A stretch of 64,000 nucleotides of DNA from Eubacteriales bacterium (GCA_045606685.1 JAZUSJ010000081.1:10439-74438); one strand, 5' to 3'. Counted from the stretch's first letter, positions 6,509 to 16,738 are shown. Notes: generated by a model not told the origin, from the sequence alone. Numbers and translations are program-made.

Positions 6509-7621
6509 CTAAATGATGCAGCGCTTGAGCTCCATGTGTTCATCTGCGACTTTCATTGCACGGTGAAGACAACTGTCAATCAACTGCTTGCGTGGTGTGA
6601 TGGTATCTTCATCGCAAAACACGCTGATTCGGTTATCCAGCAGCATCATTGATTCTCCCATGTGATCGGATTTAAGCGCTTTATAGTATTCTTTGCACAG
6701 ATAATTCAGCTCAGAATAATGATTCTTTGCCAAAGCAATTTGATCTGTTTGTGCGTATAATTCGATCAGACCGGTATGCAATAAGAGCTTTTGATATACT
6801 TGCTCATATGGTAATGCTTCACCTCCGCTTAAGAGTGCATCAATGATTCGAAGCATATACTCCATATATGCGATTCGCTGCTGAATTGTTTTATTAGAAA
6901 GGGATGCAACGAGGTTGACGTTTTTAATCAAATAACGTGCCTGATTGGTAAAGCTCTTTTTGCAGTATTCTTCAGCCATATGTGATTCTCCGGCGATTTT
7001 TGCAATCTCTGCAGATCTGTAGTAACGGTCTCCGTATTCGAATGGGAGCTTTTCAAGGATCGATAAAGCGCGGGAAAAATCTCCTGTTCTTGTCAATACA
7101 GAGGCAAGCAAATAACGTGCTTGTGCTTGCATGTCTGCATCATCGGAGTAATGAATAATGCAGTTTGCAAAACGCTCGCACTCTTTAAGCATAGCCTTTT
7201 GATCGGGAAAGTGAGGGAATTGTCCCCAGTAGAGCTCCGCCATATCCAGCAAATATTTTGCAGCACGTACATGATACGGATGCTCAGAGAAATACTCATA
7301 CATCATGCGATATCCCTGTTCACCAATATCAGGCGCAGGCGGCCATTGACAAGGATTCATCGATTCTAAAGCCAGGCATTCGCTCAGAATTTTTTCAAAT
7401 TCATCATCAAGGTGATCATCGCTGATACCCAATAACGCATCGGTGCTGACGTGCAATACATGAGCCAACGGTACAATTTGCGAAATATCCGGCATGCCTG
7501 TGTCGGTCTCCCATTTTGAGATTGCTTGATTGCTGACTCCAATCATTTCAGCCAACTCTTGCTGTGTGAATTGGGAGTTTTTTCGAAATGTTTTCAATCT
7601 TTGTCCAAACGTAGTTTTCAT
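6509..7621 (-). CDS. XRE-family HTH transcriptional regulator with a long helical (TPR-like) C-terminal domain
   Basis: The N-terminus FGQRLKTFRKNSQFTQQELAEMIGVSNQAISKWETDTGMPDISQIVPLAHVLHVSTDALLG is a typical Cro/C1 HTH. About 300 further residues are helix-rich. RBS AAGGAGG. Confidence 0.85.
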   Translation of the reverse strand: MKTTFGQRLKTFRKNSQFTQQELAEMIGVSNQAISKWETDTGMPDISQIVPLAHVLHVSTDALLGISDDHLDDEFEKILSECLALESMNPCQWPPAPDIGEQGYRMMYEYFSEHPYHVRAAKYLLDMAELYWGQFPHFPDQKAMLKECERFANCIIHYSDDADMQAQARYLLASVLTRTGDFSRALSILEKLPFEYGDRYYRSAEIAKIAGESHMAEEYCKKSFTNQARYLIKNVNLVASLSNKTIQQRIAYMEYMLRIIDALLSGGEALPYEQVYQKLLLHTGLIELYAQTDQIALAKNHYSELNYLCKEYYKALKSDHMGESMMLLDNRISVFCDEDTITPRKQLIDSCLHRAMKVADEHMELKRCII

Positions 7622-7693
7622 AAGCTCCTCCTTTATTTTGGTAGCTATATGATATCATACAGAAAGGGAATAGTACATATATAGAAAGAAGAT

Positions 7694-7724
7694 AAAAAAA
7701 CAATGCTGCGTTGATGCAACGCAG
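7694..7724 (-). terminator. rho-independent terminator after ruvB
   Basis: On the minus strand: CTGCGTTG-CAT-CAACGCAG followed by CATTGTTTTTTT. Confidence 0.7.
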
Positions 7725-7770
7725 TAAAGTAAGGCTTCCCGCAAGGAAAGCCTTTTGTGATACTTTTTGT

Positions 7771-8847
7771 TTATTTATCATCATCAAACAGCGATACCTG
7801 ATTTGCGACGCCGCCTTTGCCCGCAGGAGATGCAGAGCGAATGCCGAGATGCTCGTATGCCAGCTTGGTCACGCATCTGCCGCGCGGTGTACGTGACAAA
7901 AATCCCAGCTGCATCAGATAAGGCTCGTATACATCCTCAATGGTCACAGCCTCCTCGCCAATGGTTGCCGCCAGCGTATCAAGGCCAACGGGGCCGCCGT
8001 CATAGAACTTGATGATAGCCTCCATCATTCTGCGGTCGGTGTTGTCAAGTCCCAGTTCGTCAATCTCCAGCTTGTTGAGCGCATAGCCGGCAATTTCGGA
8101 ATCGATGGTATCCTTACCGCTGACCATGGCAAAGTCACGCACGCGCTTGAGCAGGCGGTTGGCAATACGCGGCGTGCCTCTGGAGCGGGATGCAATCTCA
8201 TAAGAGCCGTCGTCGGTAATGGCAATGCCGAGAATGCCTGCGCTGCGACGCACGATCTGTGCAAGTTCTTCGGGTGTGTAAAGTTCCAGCTTGAGCAGGA
8301 CGCCAAAGCGGTCGCGTAAGGGGGTTGTAAGCTGTCCTGCGCGCGTAGTCGCTCCGATCAGCGTGAATTTGGGCAGATCGATACGGATGCTTCTTGCCGC
8401 AGGGCCTTTACCGATGATGATATCCAGCGCGTAATCCTCCATCGCAGGGTACAGAATTTCTTCAACCGAGCGTGAAAGACGGTGGATCTCGTCAATAAAC
8501 AGCACGTCACCCTCGTTGAGGTTGGTCAGAAGTGCTGCCAGATCGCCTTGCTTTTCAATGGCCGGCCCGGAGGTGATGCGGATATTGACACCAAGCTCGT
8601 TGGCAATGATGTTGGAAAGTGTGGTTTTACCCAAGCCGGGAGGGCCATACAGTAACACATGGTCAAGCGACTCCCCGCGCATTTTGGCAGCCTCAATGTA
8701 GACCTTCAGATTCTCCTTCGCCTTGTCCTGGCCGATATAGTCGCCCAACGCCTTGGGGCGCAGGGAAGAATCTATATCGGAGTCTTCAGGGGAGTAGTCG
8801 GTGGAAACGATGCGGTTTTCAAAATCAAATTCTTGTTCGTCAAACAT
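7771..8847 (-). CDS. ruvB: Holliday junction branch migration DNA helicase RuvB
   Basis: [49 protein letters not shown] (Walker A), DEIHRL, and full-length collinearity with RuvB. Confidence 0.97.
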   Translation of the reverse strand: MFDEQEFDFENRIVSTDYSPEDSDIDSSLRPKALGDYIGQDKAKENLKVYIEAAKMRGESLDHVLLYGPPGLGKTTLSNIIANELGVNIRITSGPAIEKQGDLAALLTNLNEGDVLFIDEIHRLSRSVEEILYPAMEDYALDIIIGKGPAARSIRIDLPKFTLIGATTRAGQLTTPLRDRFGVLLKLELYTPEELAQIVRRSAGILGIAITDDGSYEIASRSRGTPRIANRLLKRVRDFAMVSGKDTIDSEIAGYALNKLEIDELGLDNTDRRMMEAIIKFYDGGPVGLDTLAATIGEEAVTIEDVYEPYLMQLGFLSRTPRGRCVTKLAYEHLGIRSASPAGKGGVANQVSLFDDDK

Positions 8848-8859
8848 GCCGTATCCTCC

Positions 8860-9471
8860 TTACATCAGCTTTTTGAGTGCCTGGCGGATAATCTCCTCCA
8901 GCGTCATCTGGTCGGTAGGCATGGATTTGAGCACGTTGGTGGCCTCAGCTCTTTGGTAACCAAGCACCATCAGAGCGTCCAGTGCTTCGGTCAGCTTGCC
9001 GCGTGCAGGAGCGCTGCCCTTGGCGGATACTGCTACGTCGGGCGTTGCTGCAAAATCGTTGCCGCGTTCTTTGATCAGTTTGTCTTTCAGCTCAAGTACG
9101 ATCCTTGCTGCAGTCTTAGGTCCTACACCGCTGGCTTTGGAAATGGCTTTGGTATCCTCTGTGCAAACTGCCAGCGCAAATTTTTCGGGTGTCAGAAGCG
9201 AGAGAATGGACATGGCGGCCTTGGGGCCAACACCGGAAACGGTGATCAGCATTTGGAAAGAGGAAAGCTCTGTTTCATCGGAAAAGCCGAACAGCTCAAT
9301 GCCATCCTCGCGGACAGCCAGATACGTATAAAGCTTAGCCGCGTTGCCCGAAAGGGGCAGGCGGTCGTATGTGTTTTGGCTAACCGTCAGCTTATAGCCA
9401 ACGCCGCCTGCATCGATCACGGCAAATCCCGTGCTTTTATGCGCAAGCGTGCCGCTTATATAGTAGTACAT
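8860..9471 (-). CDS. ruvA: Holliday junction branch migration complex subunit RuvA
   Basis: MYYYISGTLAHKSTGFAVIDAGGVGYKLTVS..., HhH motifs (VSGVGPKAAMSIL, ASGVGPKTAARIVLELK). RBS AAGGAGA before the ATG at 9471; the longer ORF-track start at 9666 overlaps yfhO and is rejected. Confidence 0.93.
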   Translation of the reverse strand: MYYYISGTLAHKSTGFAVIDAGGVGYKLTVSQNTYDRLPLSGNAAKLYTYLAVREDGIELFGFSDETELSSFQMLITVSGVGPKAAMSILSLLTPEKFALAVCTEDTKAISKASGVGPKTAARIVLELKDKLIKERGNDFAATPDVAVSAKGSAPARGKLTEALDALMVLGYQRAEATNVLKSMPTDQMTLEEIIRQALKKLM

Positions 9472-9520
9472 AAAATCTCCTTGAAAGCCACGGAGCGCAG
9501 TTGCTCCGTGGCTGTATTTT

Positions 9521-12349
9521 TTATTGTGGTTGCGTGTCTGTCGGCGGTGTTTCGTCGGAAGGTTCCTGCGGAGCATCAGGCAAATCTGACTGTGCGGGAG
9601 CTGCTGCAGGCTCGGGGATCCTGAAAAATTCACCGTAGCCTCGGATGCGGCGAAGCTTGCTTTCAAAGATGATCAAAAGGAAGAACCCAATCACGGAAAT
9701 GACGGATATTGTGGTTCCAAGCACAAGCTCCTTGGGACAATAGCGCATTTCAACCGTATGCTCACCGGCACCTTCGATATAGTAACCCACAAGCGCATTG
9801 GCAAGCTCAATCGTTTCCACCTTTTGGCCGTCAACGGTTATCTGCCAGCCCTTATCGTAGGGAATGGTCGTGGTGATCAGCTGCTTTTCAGCGGTGGTCG
9901 TGATAGTGCCGGGCAGATAATCCTCGCGATAGTGATCGGGATCGATCTGCACATTTCCTTGCTGCAATCTTGTAATGGCTTGCTTGAATACTTCCATATC
10001 AAGCGTGTAGATAAATGGCTTTTCAAGGTCCTGCTTGATATAGAAGTTATCATAATCATTCTTGATGGTCAGTTTAAGCTCAAGATCGTTCTTGTCAATA
10101 CTTCCGATCGAGACAATTCTCCAGGTATTGTTGTCGCCCCACTTACCAACAGATTTTCCGTTTGCTGTCATGTTGACTTGTCTGGAATATACGGTGGGGA
10201 AGTAAACAAACAATTCGGTGTTTCTGGGAACTTCGTATTTAAACGTGATCGTACCGCCATCGCCCTTATAAAGATCGTGCTTGGCAGCCGAGCCCTTGGT
10301 AACGTCCTTTGTGGTCATGGAGATCTGCTTGCCGGGAACAAAGATCTGCAGAGTTTCTTCTTCGCCAAGCATCATGGAGATCATAGCGTTCATACGCTCA
10401 AAGGGATTCTCGTAATCGTCGAGTGCAAAGTCTGCAAAGGAGTTGTCGACCGCATAAGCTATGCTCATCGCATAAGGGTTCTGATATACAACGTAAGTTT
10501 CGTTGTCATAATCGTCCGAATCGAATCTCGGCTCTCCGTAGTACAAGTCATAATCCTTATCCGTCATGATATACTTGATACCGAGCAGGGAGTCGCTGAC
10601 CGGTGTTTCACCTTGATACTGTGACCAGTGGGACTTGGAGGAATATCCCATCATGCGAAGGAAATAGATGGTATCTGCGTTGAGCGTTGAGGTCGAGTTG
10701 GAAAGACCGCGGATCTGGAGTGCAAGGTTGTCGTTGAGCTTGCGGTGGTAGGTCTTTTCCATACGGTAGAATGAGGTATCATTTTCCTGTACGGTATTGA
10801 TGATTGGCCTTACCGTATCAAGATAGTCGTTATAGTAGGAGTATTTAGTAAAGGTAACGTCCTTATCAAGGTCGTTGAGATCGCAAAGGCCGCTGATAAA
10901 CATTTCCACGCACACAAAGAACACAAGCACACAGGATACCAGCTCTTTGTTTTTGACACGCGGCATGACACAAACGATAATGGTATATACGATCAGACAA
11001 CCGATCGTCAGCCACACGGTCTGGAAATCATGAACGTCAACGTATTCGTTGAGATCCTCCTTGATGATGGCTGAGAATTCTTGAAGAATGATTACGCCAA
11101 GACCAATGAGTGCTGCAATGCTGACCATGGGCTTGCGGCTGACTGTGCGCAGATTGGTAAATGCACGGTAGGCCATGACGATCAAGAAGAAGCATAGCAT
11201 GAAGCTGTAGCGATTGTTAAGCCAGTTGGGCTTCTGGAAGCCGTGCCATACGAGGTCGATCGAGCTGGTCACAAAGCTAAACACGAAAATGGTGATCAGA
11301 ACAGCATAAGCAACCTTTTCACCGGTCTTGAACTTCTTATTAAAGAAGAACATGGGAACCAGCAGCAGCGTCAGCACACCGCAATATACAAATGGAAGTC
11401 CTGCGGGGCGGACAGTGTCATAAGAGGAAGGCAGGAACTTATAGAACAACTCTAAGAAATTGAATCTTGAAGCGAAAGCCCAGTTGGGATCCGAGAAATC
11501 GTTCTTACCGAATGTCAGCGAGTAATATGCTGTGAAAATGATGAAGGCCGAGATGCCGATGGCAAGTAAAGAGTAAAATCCGATACGCATGAACGAACGG
11601 ATGCCGTGCAGCCTCTCATTGTATGGGTTATTGGAGTGCTTGAAGCCCCAGAGATAAGCAAAGAAGTAAATGGCAACTGCAATGCAGACCATGTATCCGA
11701 TATAGTAGTGGCTGACAAGCGTCAAGGTCAGGAAAATTACGAACACCTTGTATTTTCCGTATTTGATCAGCTGTTCAACACCGTACATGACCAGCGGGAA
11801 CCAGATGACTGCGTCGATCCACATGGTGTTGTTCTGCTGCACGACACAGTAAGACATGAGCGCATACATGACCGAGAAAGCAATGATGCCGATGCGGTTG
11901 ATGCGCGCTTCAGACTGATGGAGGTAGAACGCCATGGTGCCTGCACACAGTGCTGCCTTGACCATGAACATAAAGAGCAGCGCTTCCAGCATTCTTTCCT
12001 CGGGAAATAGGCAAACAAGATAAGAAAAGGGACTTGCGATGTAGTATTCGTAAATACCCATGAACTCACCGCCAAGCGCACGTGAGAATGAGTAAATGAT
12101 ACTCGTATCACCGTTGACAACAAAATTGCGTAGTGCTTCAAAGAAGTAAACATACTGTCCGTTCAAGTCAAGCACAAGCACGCATCCATTGCCAAACGGG
12201 TACAGGCCACGTGCCAAGTACATCAGATAGACCAGCACGGCAGGGATGAGCATGGCAATCAGTATATACCAATATTCGGAGATGAAATTGGTAGCTTTAG
12301 TTTTACATTTGAGAAGTCCGTCCTTATTGACGGCGGTATTGAGTTTCAT
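9521..12349 (-). CDS. YfhO-family polytopic membrane protein (putative glycosyltransferase)
   Basis: 942 aa with many TM helices in the first ~500 residues and a large soluble C-terminal region. The N-terminal pattern YPFGNGCVLVLDLNGQYVYFFEALR...IIYSFSRALGGEFMGIYEYYIASPFS is typical of YfhO. Confidence 0.8.
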   Translation of the reverse strand: MKLNTAVNKDGLLKCKTKATNFISEYWYILIAMLIPAVLVYLMYLARGLYPFGNGCVLVLDLNGQYVYFFEALRNFVVNGDTSIIYSFSRALGGEFMGIYEYYIASPFSYLVCLFPEERMLEALLFMFMVKAALCAGTMAFYLHQSEARINRIGIIAFSVMYALMSYCVVQQNNTMWIDAVIWFPLVMYGVEQLIKYGKYKVFVIFLTLTLVSHYYIGYMVCIAVAIYFFAYLWGFKHSNNPYNERLHGIRSFMRIGFYSLLAIGISAFIIFTAYYSLTFGKNDFSDPNWAFASRFNFLELFYKFLPSSYDTVRPAGLPFVYCGVLTLLLVPMFFFNKKFKTGEKVAYAVLITIFVFSFVTSSIDLVWHGFQKPNWLNNRYSFMLCFFLIVMAYRAFTNLRTVSRKPMVSIAALIGLGVIILQEFSAIIKEDLNEYVDVHDFQTVWLTIGCLIVYTIIVCVMPRVKNKELVSCVLVFFVCVEMFISGLCDLNDLDKDVTFTKYSYYNDYLDTVRPIINTVQENDTSFYRMEKTYHRKLNDNLALQIRGLSNSTSTLNADTIYFLRMMGYSSKSHWSQYQGETPVSDSLLGIKYIMTDKDYDLYYGEPRFDSDDYDNETYVVYQNPYAMSIAYAVDNSFADFALDDYENPFERMNAMISMMLGEEETLQIFVPGKQISMTTKDVTKGSAAKHDLYKGDGGTITFKYEVPRNTELFVYFPTVYSRQVNMTANGKSVGKWGDNNTWRIVSIGSIDKNDLELKLTIKNDYDNFYIKQDLEKPFIYTLDMEVFKQAITRLQQGNVQIDPDHYREDYLPGTITTTAEKQLITTTIPYDKGWQITVDGQKVETIELANALVGYYIEGAGEHTVEMRYCPKELVLGTTISVISVIGFFLLIIFESKLRRIRGYGEFFRIPEPAAAPAQSDLPDAPQEPSDETPPTDTQPQ

Positions 12350-12570
12350 TAGGCTTGATCCTTTCCTGTATTTTGCTCCCCATCGGAACCAGTGATGCTC
12401 TTTATCGATTTTTCAAGCTTGATGCGATCCACGTTCATATCACGCCCGCAGCCCTTGCACACAATGCGCACCACGCTGCCGACTCGCATGACCAAAAAGT
12501 CTGAGCATCCACAGGGATGCGGCTTTTTGAGGTGCAGAATATCGCCTGCCTGTATTTTGATAATGTTCAT
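12349..12570 (-). CDS. DUF951-family small protein
   Basis: 73 aa. GDILHLKKPHPCGCSDFLVMRVGSVVRIVCKGCGRDMNVDR matches my recollection of the DUF951 pattern (HPCG...C-x2-C). Its stop overlaps the yfhO start (TAATG). Confidence 0.65.
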   Translation of the reverse strand: MNIIKIQAGDILHLKKPHPCGCSDFLVMRVGSVVRIVCKGCGRDMNVDRIKLEKSIKSITGSDGEQNTGKDQA

Positions 12571-12711
12571 AGTGATTCTCCGTTTTTTGGATCTGCTTTG
12601 CGGAGCTTTCCGTCGAAAGCAGATAATCTATCCTATTATACCATAATTTGATCCGTTTGTAAACGATTATTCGGATAATATTATAAAAAAATAAAAATTA
12701 ATAAATAGTAT

Positions 12712-12740
12712 TTGACATGTAAAGAAAAAGGTGGTATAAT
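12712..12740 (+). promoter_or_regulatory. consensus sigma-A promoter for ruvC (TTGACA-17-TATAAT)
   Basis: TTGACA at 12712-12717, a 17-nt spacer, TATAAT at 12735-12740. Confidence 0.6.
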
Positions 12741-12784
12741 TTAGGATGAATTATTATGGAATATTGTTGCCGATGGGAGGAATT

Positions 12785-13282
12785 ATGGTCATACTTGGTA
12801 TTGACCCCGGACTTGCGATCGTAGGTTGGGGCGTGGTTTCATATGACGGTGTGAGATTTCGCACGCTGGGGTACGGTTCTATCAATACTCCCGCGGGGAC
12901 TCCGACACAAGATCGACTTGAAATGATCTGGCAGGGCATGAACGAGCTGTTCGAGCGATACAAGCCGGATCAGATGGCGGTAGAAGAGCTATTCTTCAAT
13001 ACCAACGTCACAACAGGCATTGCGGTTGCTGAGGCACGCGGTGTGATTCTGCTTTCGGGTATCCAGCACGGCATCAGAGTTGCGGAATATACGCCGCTGC
13101 AGGTCAAGCAAGCAGTTGTCGGATATGGCAGAGCCGAAAAAAAACAGGTGATCACTATGGTCACCACGCTTTTGGGGCTGCCAAAGCCGCCCAAGCCCGA
13201 CGATACGGCAGACGCTCTTGCCATTGCCGTTTGCCACGCGCACAGTGGCTGCTCAAGACTTGCGAATTACTATAACAAATAA
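12785..13282 (+). CDS. ruvC: crossover junction endodeoxyribonuclease RuvC
   Basis: MVILGIDPGLAIVGWGVV...MAVEELFFNTNVTTGIAVAEARGV...DTADALAIAVCHA. RBS GGGAGG before the ATG at 12785. Confidence 0.93.
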   Translation: MVILGIDPGLAIVGWGVVSYDGVRFRTLGYGSINTPAGTPTQDRLEMIWQGMNELFERYKPDQMAVEELFFNTNVTTGIAVAEARGVILLSGIQHGIRVAEYTPLQVKQAVVGYGRAEKKQVITMVTTLLGLPKPPKPDDTADALAIAVCHAHSGCSRLANYYNK

Positions 13283-13301
13283 CACGACTTGGAGAAAAAC
13301 A

Positions 13302-14162
13302 ATGTGGTATTCTGAAAATTGGAAGGATTATGAACTTCTCGACACCTCGGACGGTGAGCGTCTGGAGCGTTGGGGAAAATATATTTTAGTAAGGCCCGAT
13401 CCGCAGATCATTTGGAAGGGAGTAGCAGACCATCCGGCATGGAAGCGCGCTGACGGTGTGTACCGTCGCTCCTCTTCGGGCGGCGGCAGTTGGGTAAAGA
13501 ACAAGCTGCCCGAATCATGGAACATCTCCTATGGGGATTTGCATTTCGTGCTGCGTCCAATGGGCTTTAAGCACACGGGACTTTTTCCGGAGCAGGCAGC
13601 TAACTGGGATTGGTTCTCGGATCTGATCCGCAAGGCTGACAGACCGGTCAAGGTGCTGAACCTGTTTGCATATACGGGCGGTGCAACTGTCGCAGCAGCG
13701 GCAGCGGGTGCATCCGTCGTACACGTGGATGCTGCAAAGGGAATCGTGGCACAGGCTAAGGAAAACGCGGCACTTTCAGGACTTGAAAGCGCGCCTATCC
13801 GTTACATTGTGGACGATTGCAAGAAATTTGTTGAGCGCGAGATCAGACGCGGCAATAAATACGATGGCATCATCATGGATCCACCCTCTTATGGCAGAGG
13901 CCCTAACGGTGAGGTTTGGAAGCTGGAGGATTGCGTGGATGAATTTGTCGGGCTTGCCTCACAGCTGCTCTCGGATCAGCCGCTCTTTTTCCTGATCAAC
14001 TCTTATACGACAGGTCTTTCTCCCATGACCATGAGTTATTTGCTTGACCTGAACGTCAAGCGCAAATTCGGCGGTCGTGTGGAATCGGGTGAGCTTGGCC
14101 TGAAGGTCACACGCACGGGCAGCTATCTGCCTTGCGGTGCAAGCTCCCGTTGGCAGAGGTGA
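13302..14162 (+). CDS. class I SAM-dependent methyltransferase (RlmI/PF10672-like, no PUA domain)
   Basis: LNLFAYTGGATVAAAAAGASVVHVDAAKG (SAM-binding motif I), DGIIMDPPSYGRG. RBS GGAGA before the ATG at 13302. Confidence 0.8.
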   Translation: MWYSENWKDYELLDTSDGERLERWGKYILVRPDPQIIWKGVADHPAWKRADGVYRRSSSGGGSWVKNKLPESWNISYGDLHFVLRPMGFKHTGLFPEQAANWDWFSDLIRKADRPVKVLNLFAYTGGATVAAAAAGASVVHVDAAKGIVAQAKENAALSGLESAPIRYIVDDCKKFVEREIRRGNKYDGIIMDPPSYGRGPNGEVWKLEDCVDEFVGLASQLLSDQPLFFLINSYTTGLSPMTMSYLLDLNVKRKFGGRVESGELGLKVTRTGSYLPCGASSRWQR

Positions 14163-14164
14163 GT

Positions 14165-15034
14165 ATGGCTTTTATAGAGATTAAGAATCTTGCTTATTCG
14201 TACGTCACGGATACCGATGGTCAGGGAGTTCCCGTTTTGCGCGGTGTCGATCTTGCTATAGAGCGCGGAGAGTACGTGGCGATTCTCGGCAGAAACGGTT
14301 CAGGCAAGTCAACGCTTGCCAAGCTGCTCAATCTTGTCATTGACGATTTTGACGGTGCAAGCGGTGAGATCGTTGTGGATGGTATGAGCATACTTTCCGA
14401 GGATATGACTGAGGATATGGCTTTCGATCTTCGTAAAAAAGTTGGCATGGTATTCCAGAACCCCGATAATCAGCTGGTAGCAACCGTTGTAGAAGAAGAT
14501 GTTGCTTTCGGTCCGGAGAATCTTGGACTTGATCCCAAGGAGATCAGACGTCGCGTGGATGAAGCGCTTGCTACGGTCGGCATGACCGAGTTTGCCAAAA
14601 GAGAACCCCACAGACTTTCCGGCGGGCAGAAGCAGCGCGTTGCGATCGCGGGTGTGATTGCTATGATGCCCGATTGCATTATTTTTGACGAATCCACGGC
14701 TATGCTGGATCCGATTGGCCGCAAGGAAATCGTGGCAACCATGGAAAAGCTCAACCGTGAGCATGGCATTACCGTGCTGACAATTACCCACTATATGGAG
14801 GAGGCTGTACGTGCGGATCGCGTGGTCGTTCTTAATGACGGCAAGATAGCCATAGAGGGAACGCCCAACGAGGTATTCTCGGATGCAAAGGCGCTTCGCA
14901 ATGCGGGACTTGAGCTGCCGCAATGCGCACAGCTGCTTGAAGCTCTTGCCAAAGAGGGGATGCCGATCTGTGAATGCGGTATAACCCCTGAGGAGTGCGC
15001 GCGTATCATCATAGAGGCAGGAGGTGCTGTGTGA
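14165..15034 (+). CDS. ecfA1: energy-coupling factor (ECF) transporter ATPase, first copy
   Basis: Walker A GRNGSGKST, signature LSGGQKQRVAIA, Walker B IIFDESTAMLD. Located in the canonical ecfA-ecfA-ecfT-truA cluster. Confidence 0.93.
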   Translation: MAFIEIKNLAYSYVTDTDGQGVPVLRGVDLAIERGEYVAILGRNGSGKSTLAKLLNLVIDDFDGASGEIVVDGMSILSEDMTEDMAFDLRKKVGMVFQNPDNQLVATVVEEDVAFGPENLGLDPKEIRRRVDEALATVGMTEFAKREPHRLSGGQKQRVAIAGVIAMMPDCIIFDESTAMLDPIGRKEIVATMEKLNREHGITVLTITHYMEEAVRADRVVVLNDGKIAIEGTPNEVFSDAKALRNAGLELPQCAQLLEALAKEGMPICECGITPEECARIIIEAGGAV

Positions 15035-15891
15035 TGCCGGCAAAGCTTGAATTACAGAATGTGTCGTATTATTACGGCAAGGGTACTGCTTTTGAGGTCA
15101 AGGCTCTTGATAATGTCAGCTTTTGTATCAATACAGGCAGTATCACGGGATTGATCGGTCATACCGGCTCGGGCAAATCCACTCTTGCACAGCTTTTCAA
15201 CGGCCTTGAAAAGCCGACAGAAGGCAAAGTATTGTTGGACGGTTGCGATATCTGGGACAAAAAATATAAAGGAAATCGAATCTGCTTCCGTGTAGGACTT
15301 GTGATGCAGTATCCGGAATATCAACTGTTTGAAGAGACTGTATATGATGATATTGCCTTTGGCCCGCGCAATATGGGCCTTGAGGATGAGGAGATCAAAA
15401 AGAGGGTTTCTGACGCGGTTGCATTCGTAGGCTTGTCGCCTGAGGTCATGCAGCAATCTCCCTTCGATCTTTCGGGCGGGCAGAAGCGCCGCGTTGCAAT
15501 TGCGGGGATTATGGCCATGCAGCCCGAGCTGCTTGTGCTGGATGAGCCTGCAGCGGGACTGGATCCTTCGGGCAGAGCCGAAATATTCGGTGGCATCAAG
15601 AAATACAGGGATACCACGGGCGCGACTGTGCTGATCATCAGCCACAGTATGGAGGACATGGCGGAATACTGTGACGATATCATTGTCATGAATCGCGGTG
15701 CTGTGATGCTCAGCGGCGCCAAGGATGACATCTTTTCGGATAGCGACTGCTTGATAGAGGCAGGCTTGGATATTCCGCAGATCACGCGCGTCATGCGCAT
15801 TCTGAAGCAAAACGGTATAGAGATCGATGACTCCTGCTGTACGAAGGACAGGGCTGTTGCAGAGTTGCTTCGTGCCTTGAAAAAGAAATAA
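15034..15891 (+). CDS. ecfA2: energy-coupling factor (ECF) transporter ATPase, second copy
   Basis: GHTGSGKST, LSGGQKRRVAIAG, LVLDEPAAGLD. Its start overlaps the ecfA1 stop (TGATG). Confidence 0.93.
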   Translation: MPAKLELQNVSYYYGKGTAFEVKALDNVSFCINTGSITGLIGHTGSGKSTLAQLFNGLEKPTEGKVLLDGCDIWDKKYKGNRICFRVGLVMQYPEYQLFEETVYDDIAFGPRNMGLEDEEIKKRVSDAVAFVGLSPEVMQQSPFDLSGGQKRRVAIAGIMAMQPELLVLDEPAAGLDPSGRAEIFGGIKKYRDTTGATVLIISHSMEDMAEYCDDIIVMNRGAVMLSGAKDDIFSDSDCLIEAGLDIPQITRVMRILKQNGIEIDDSCCTKDRAVAELLRALKKK

Positions 15892-15913
15892 ATCATATAG
15901 GGAACTGTTATTC

Positions 15914-16738
15914 ATGAAAAATATAGCATTGGGACAATATTATCCCGTAAGGTCTCCCTTGCACAAATTAGATCCTCGCATCAAGCTGGTGCTTGCCATG
16001 CTGTATATCGTAGCAGCATTTTTATGCAAGAATCTGCTTGGCTTTGCCTTATTGACAGCATCGGCTGTTTTGATGGTCGTGCTTAGCCGTGTTCCGCTCA
16101 AAACGGTGCTTGGCAGCTTGAAGGTCGTGGTTTTTGTGCTGATACTCACGGTTGCGATCAATATTTTCCTGACCAAGGAAGAGGGAGTTGAACCGCTGCT
16201 ATCCTTTTGGATCTTTGAGATCTATAAAAAAGGACTATACAGCGCATTATTTATCGCCATTCGTATTCTTTGCATGATCATAGGCACGTGTATGCTGTTG
16301 ACCTACACGACCACACCGATTGCCCTGACGGACGCATTGGAAAGATTGCTAACGCCGCTTCGTTATATCAAGCTGCCTGTGCATGAATTTTCCATGATGA
16401 TGTCAATCGCGCTGCGCTTTATTCCCACCATTATGGAAGAAGCTGAGAAGATCATGGCAGCACAAAAGGCAAGAGGCGCAGGATTTACCGAGGGAAATCT
16501 GATCAAAAGGATCAAGTCGCTCATCCCCATTCTGATCCCGTTGTTTGCATCGGTGTTCAGAAGAGCATTTGAACTGGCTACGGCTATGACTTGCCGTTGC
16601 TATCGCGGCGGGGACGGCAGAACGCGCATGACGACCATGCGTCTGCATGCAGCGGATATAGTTGTACTCGCAATTAGCGTGATTGCGTTGGCGGGCATCG
16701 TATCCTGCAATTACTGGAATATCGGATATACACTTTAG
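15914..16738 (+). CDS. ecfT: ECF transporter transmembrane component EcfT
   Basis: Multi-TM protein with SPLHKLDPRIKL and ALRFIPT...AQKARGA motifs, positioned after the two ecfA genes. Confidence 0.9.
   Translation: MKNIALGQYYPVRSPLHKLDPRIKLVLAMLYIVAAFLCKNLLGFALLTASAVLMVVLSRVPLKTVLGSLKVVVFVLILTVAINIFLTKEEGVEPLLSFWIFEIYKKGLYSALFIAIRILCMIIGTCMLLTYTTTPIALTDALERLLTPLRYIKLPVHEFSMMMSIALRFIPTIMEEAEKIMAAQKARGAGFTEGNLIKRIKSLIPILIPLFASVFRRAFELATAMTCRCYRGGDGRTRMTTMRLHAADIVVLAISVIALAGIVSCNYWNIGYTL

Noticed and set aside
8659-9624. 321-aa plus-strand ORF over ruvB/ruvA
   Set aside because: It is antisense to clearly identified ruvB and ruvA and has no motif or RBS.
9472-9666. Long version of the ruvA ORF (start at 9666)
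   Set aside because: It would overlap the 3' end of yfhO by ~145 nt and adds a non-homologous N-terminus. The ATG at 9471 has AAGGAGA upstream and yields a normal-length RuvA.
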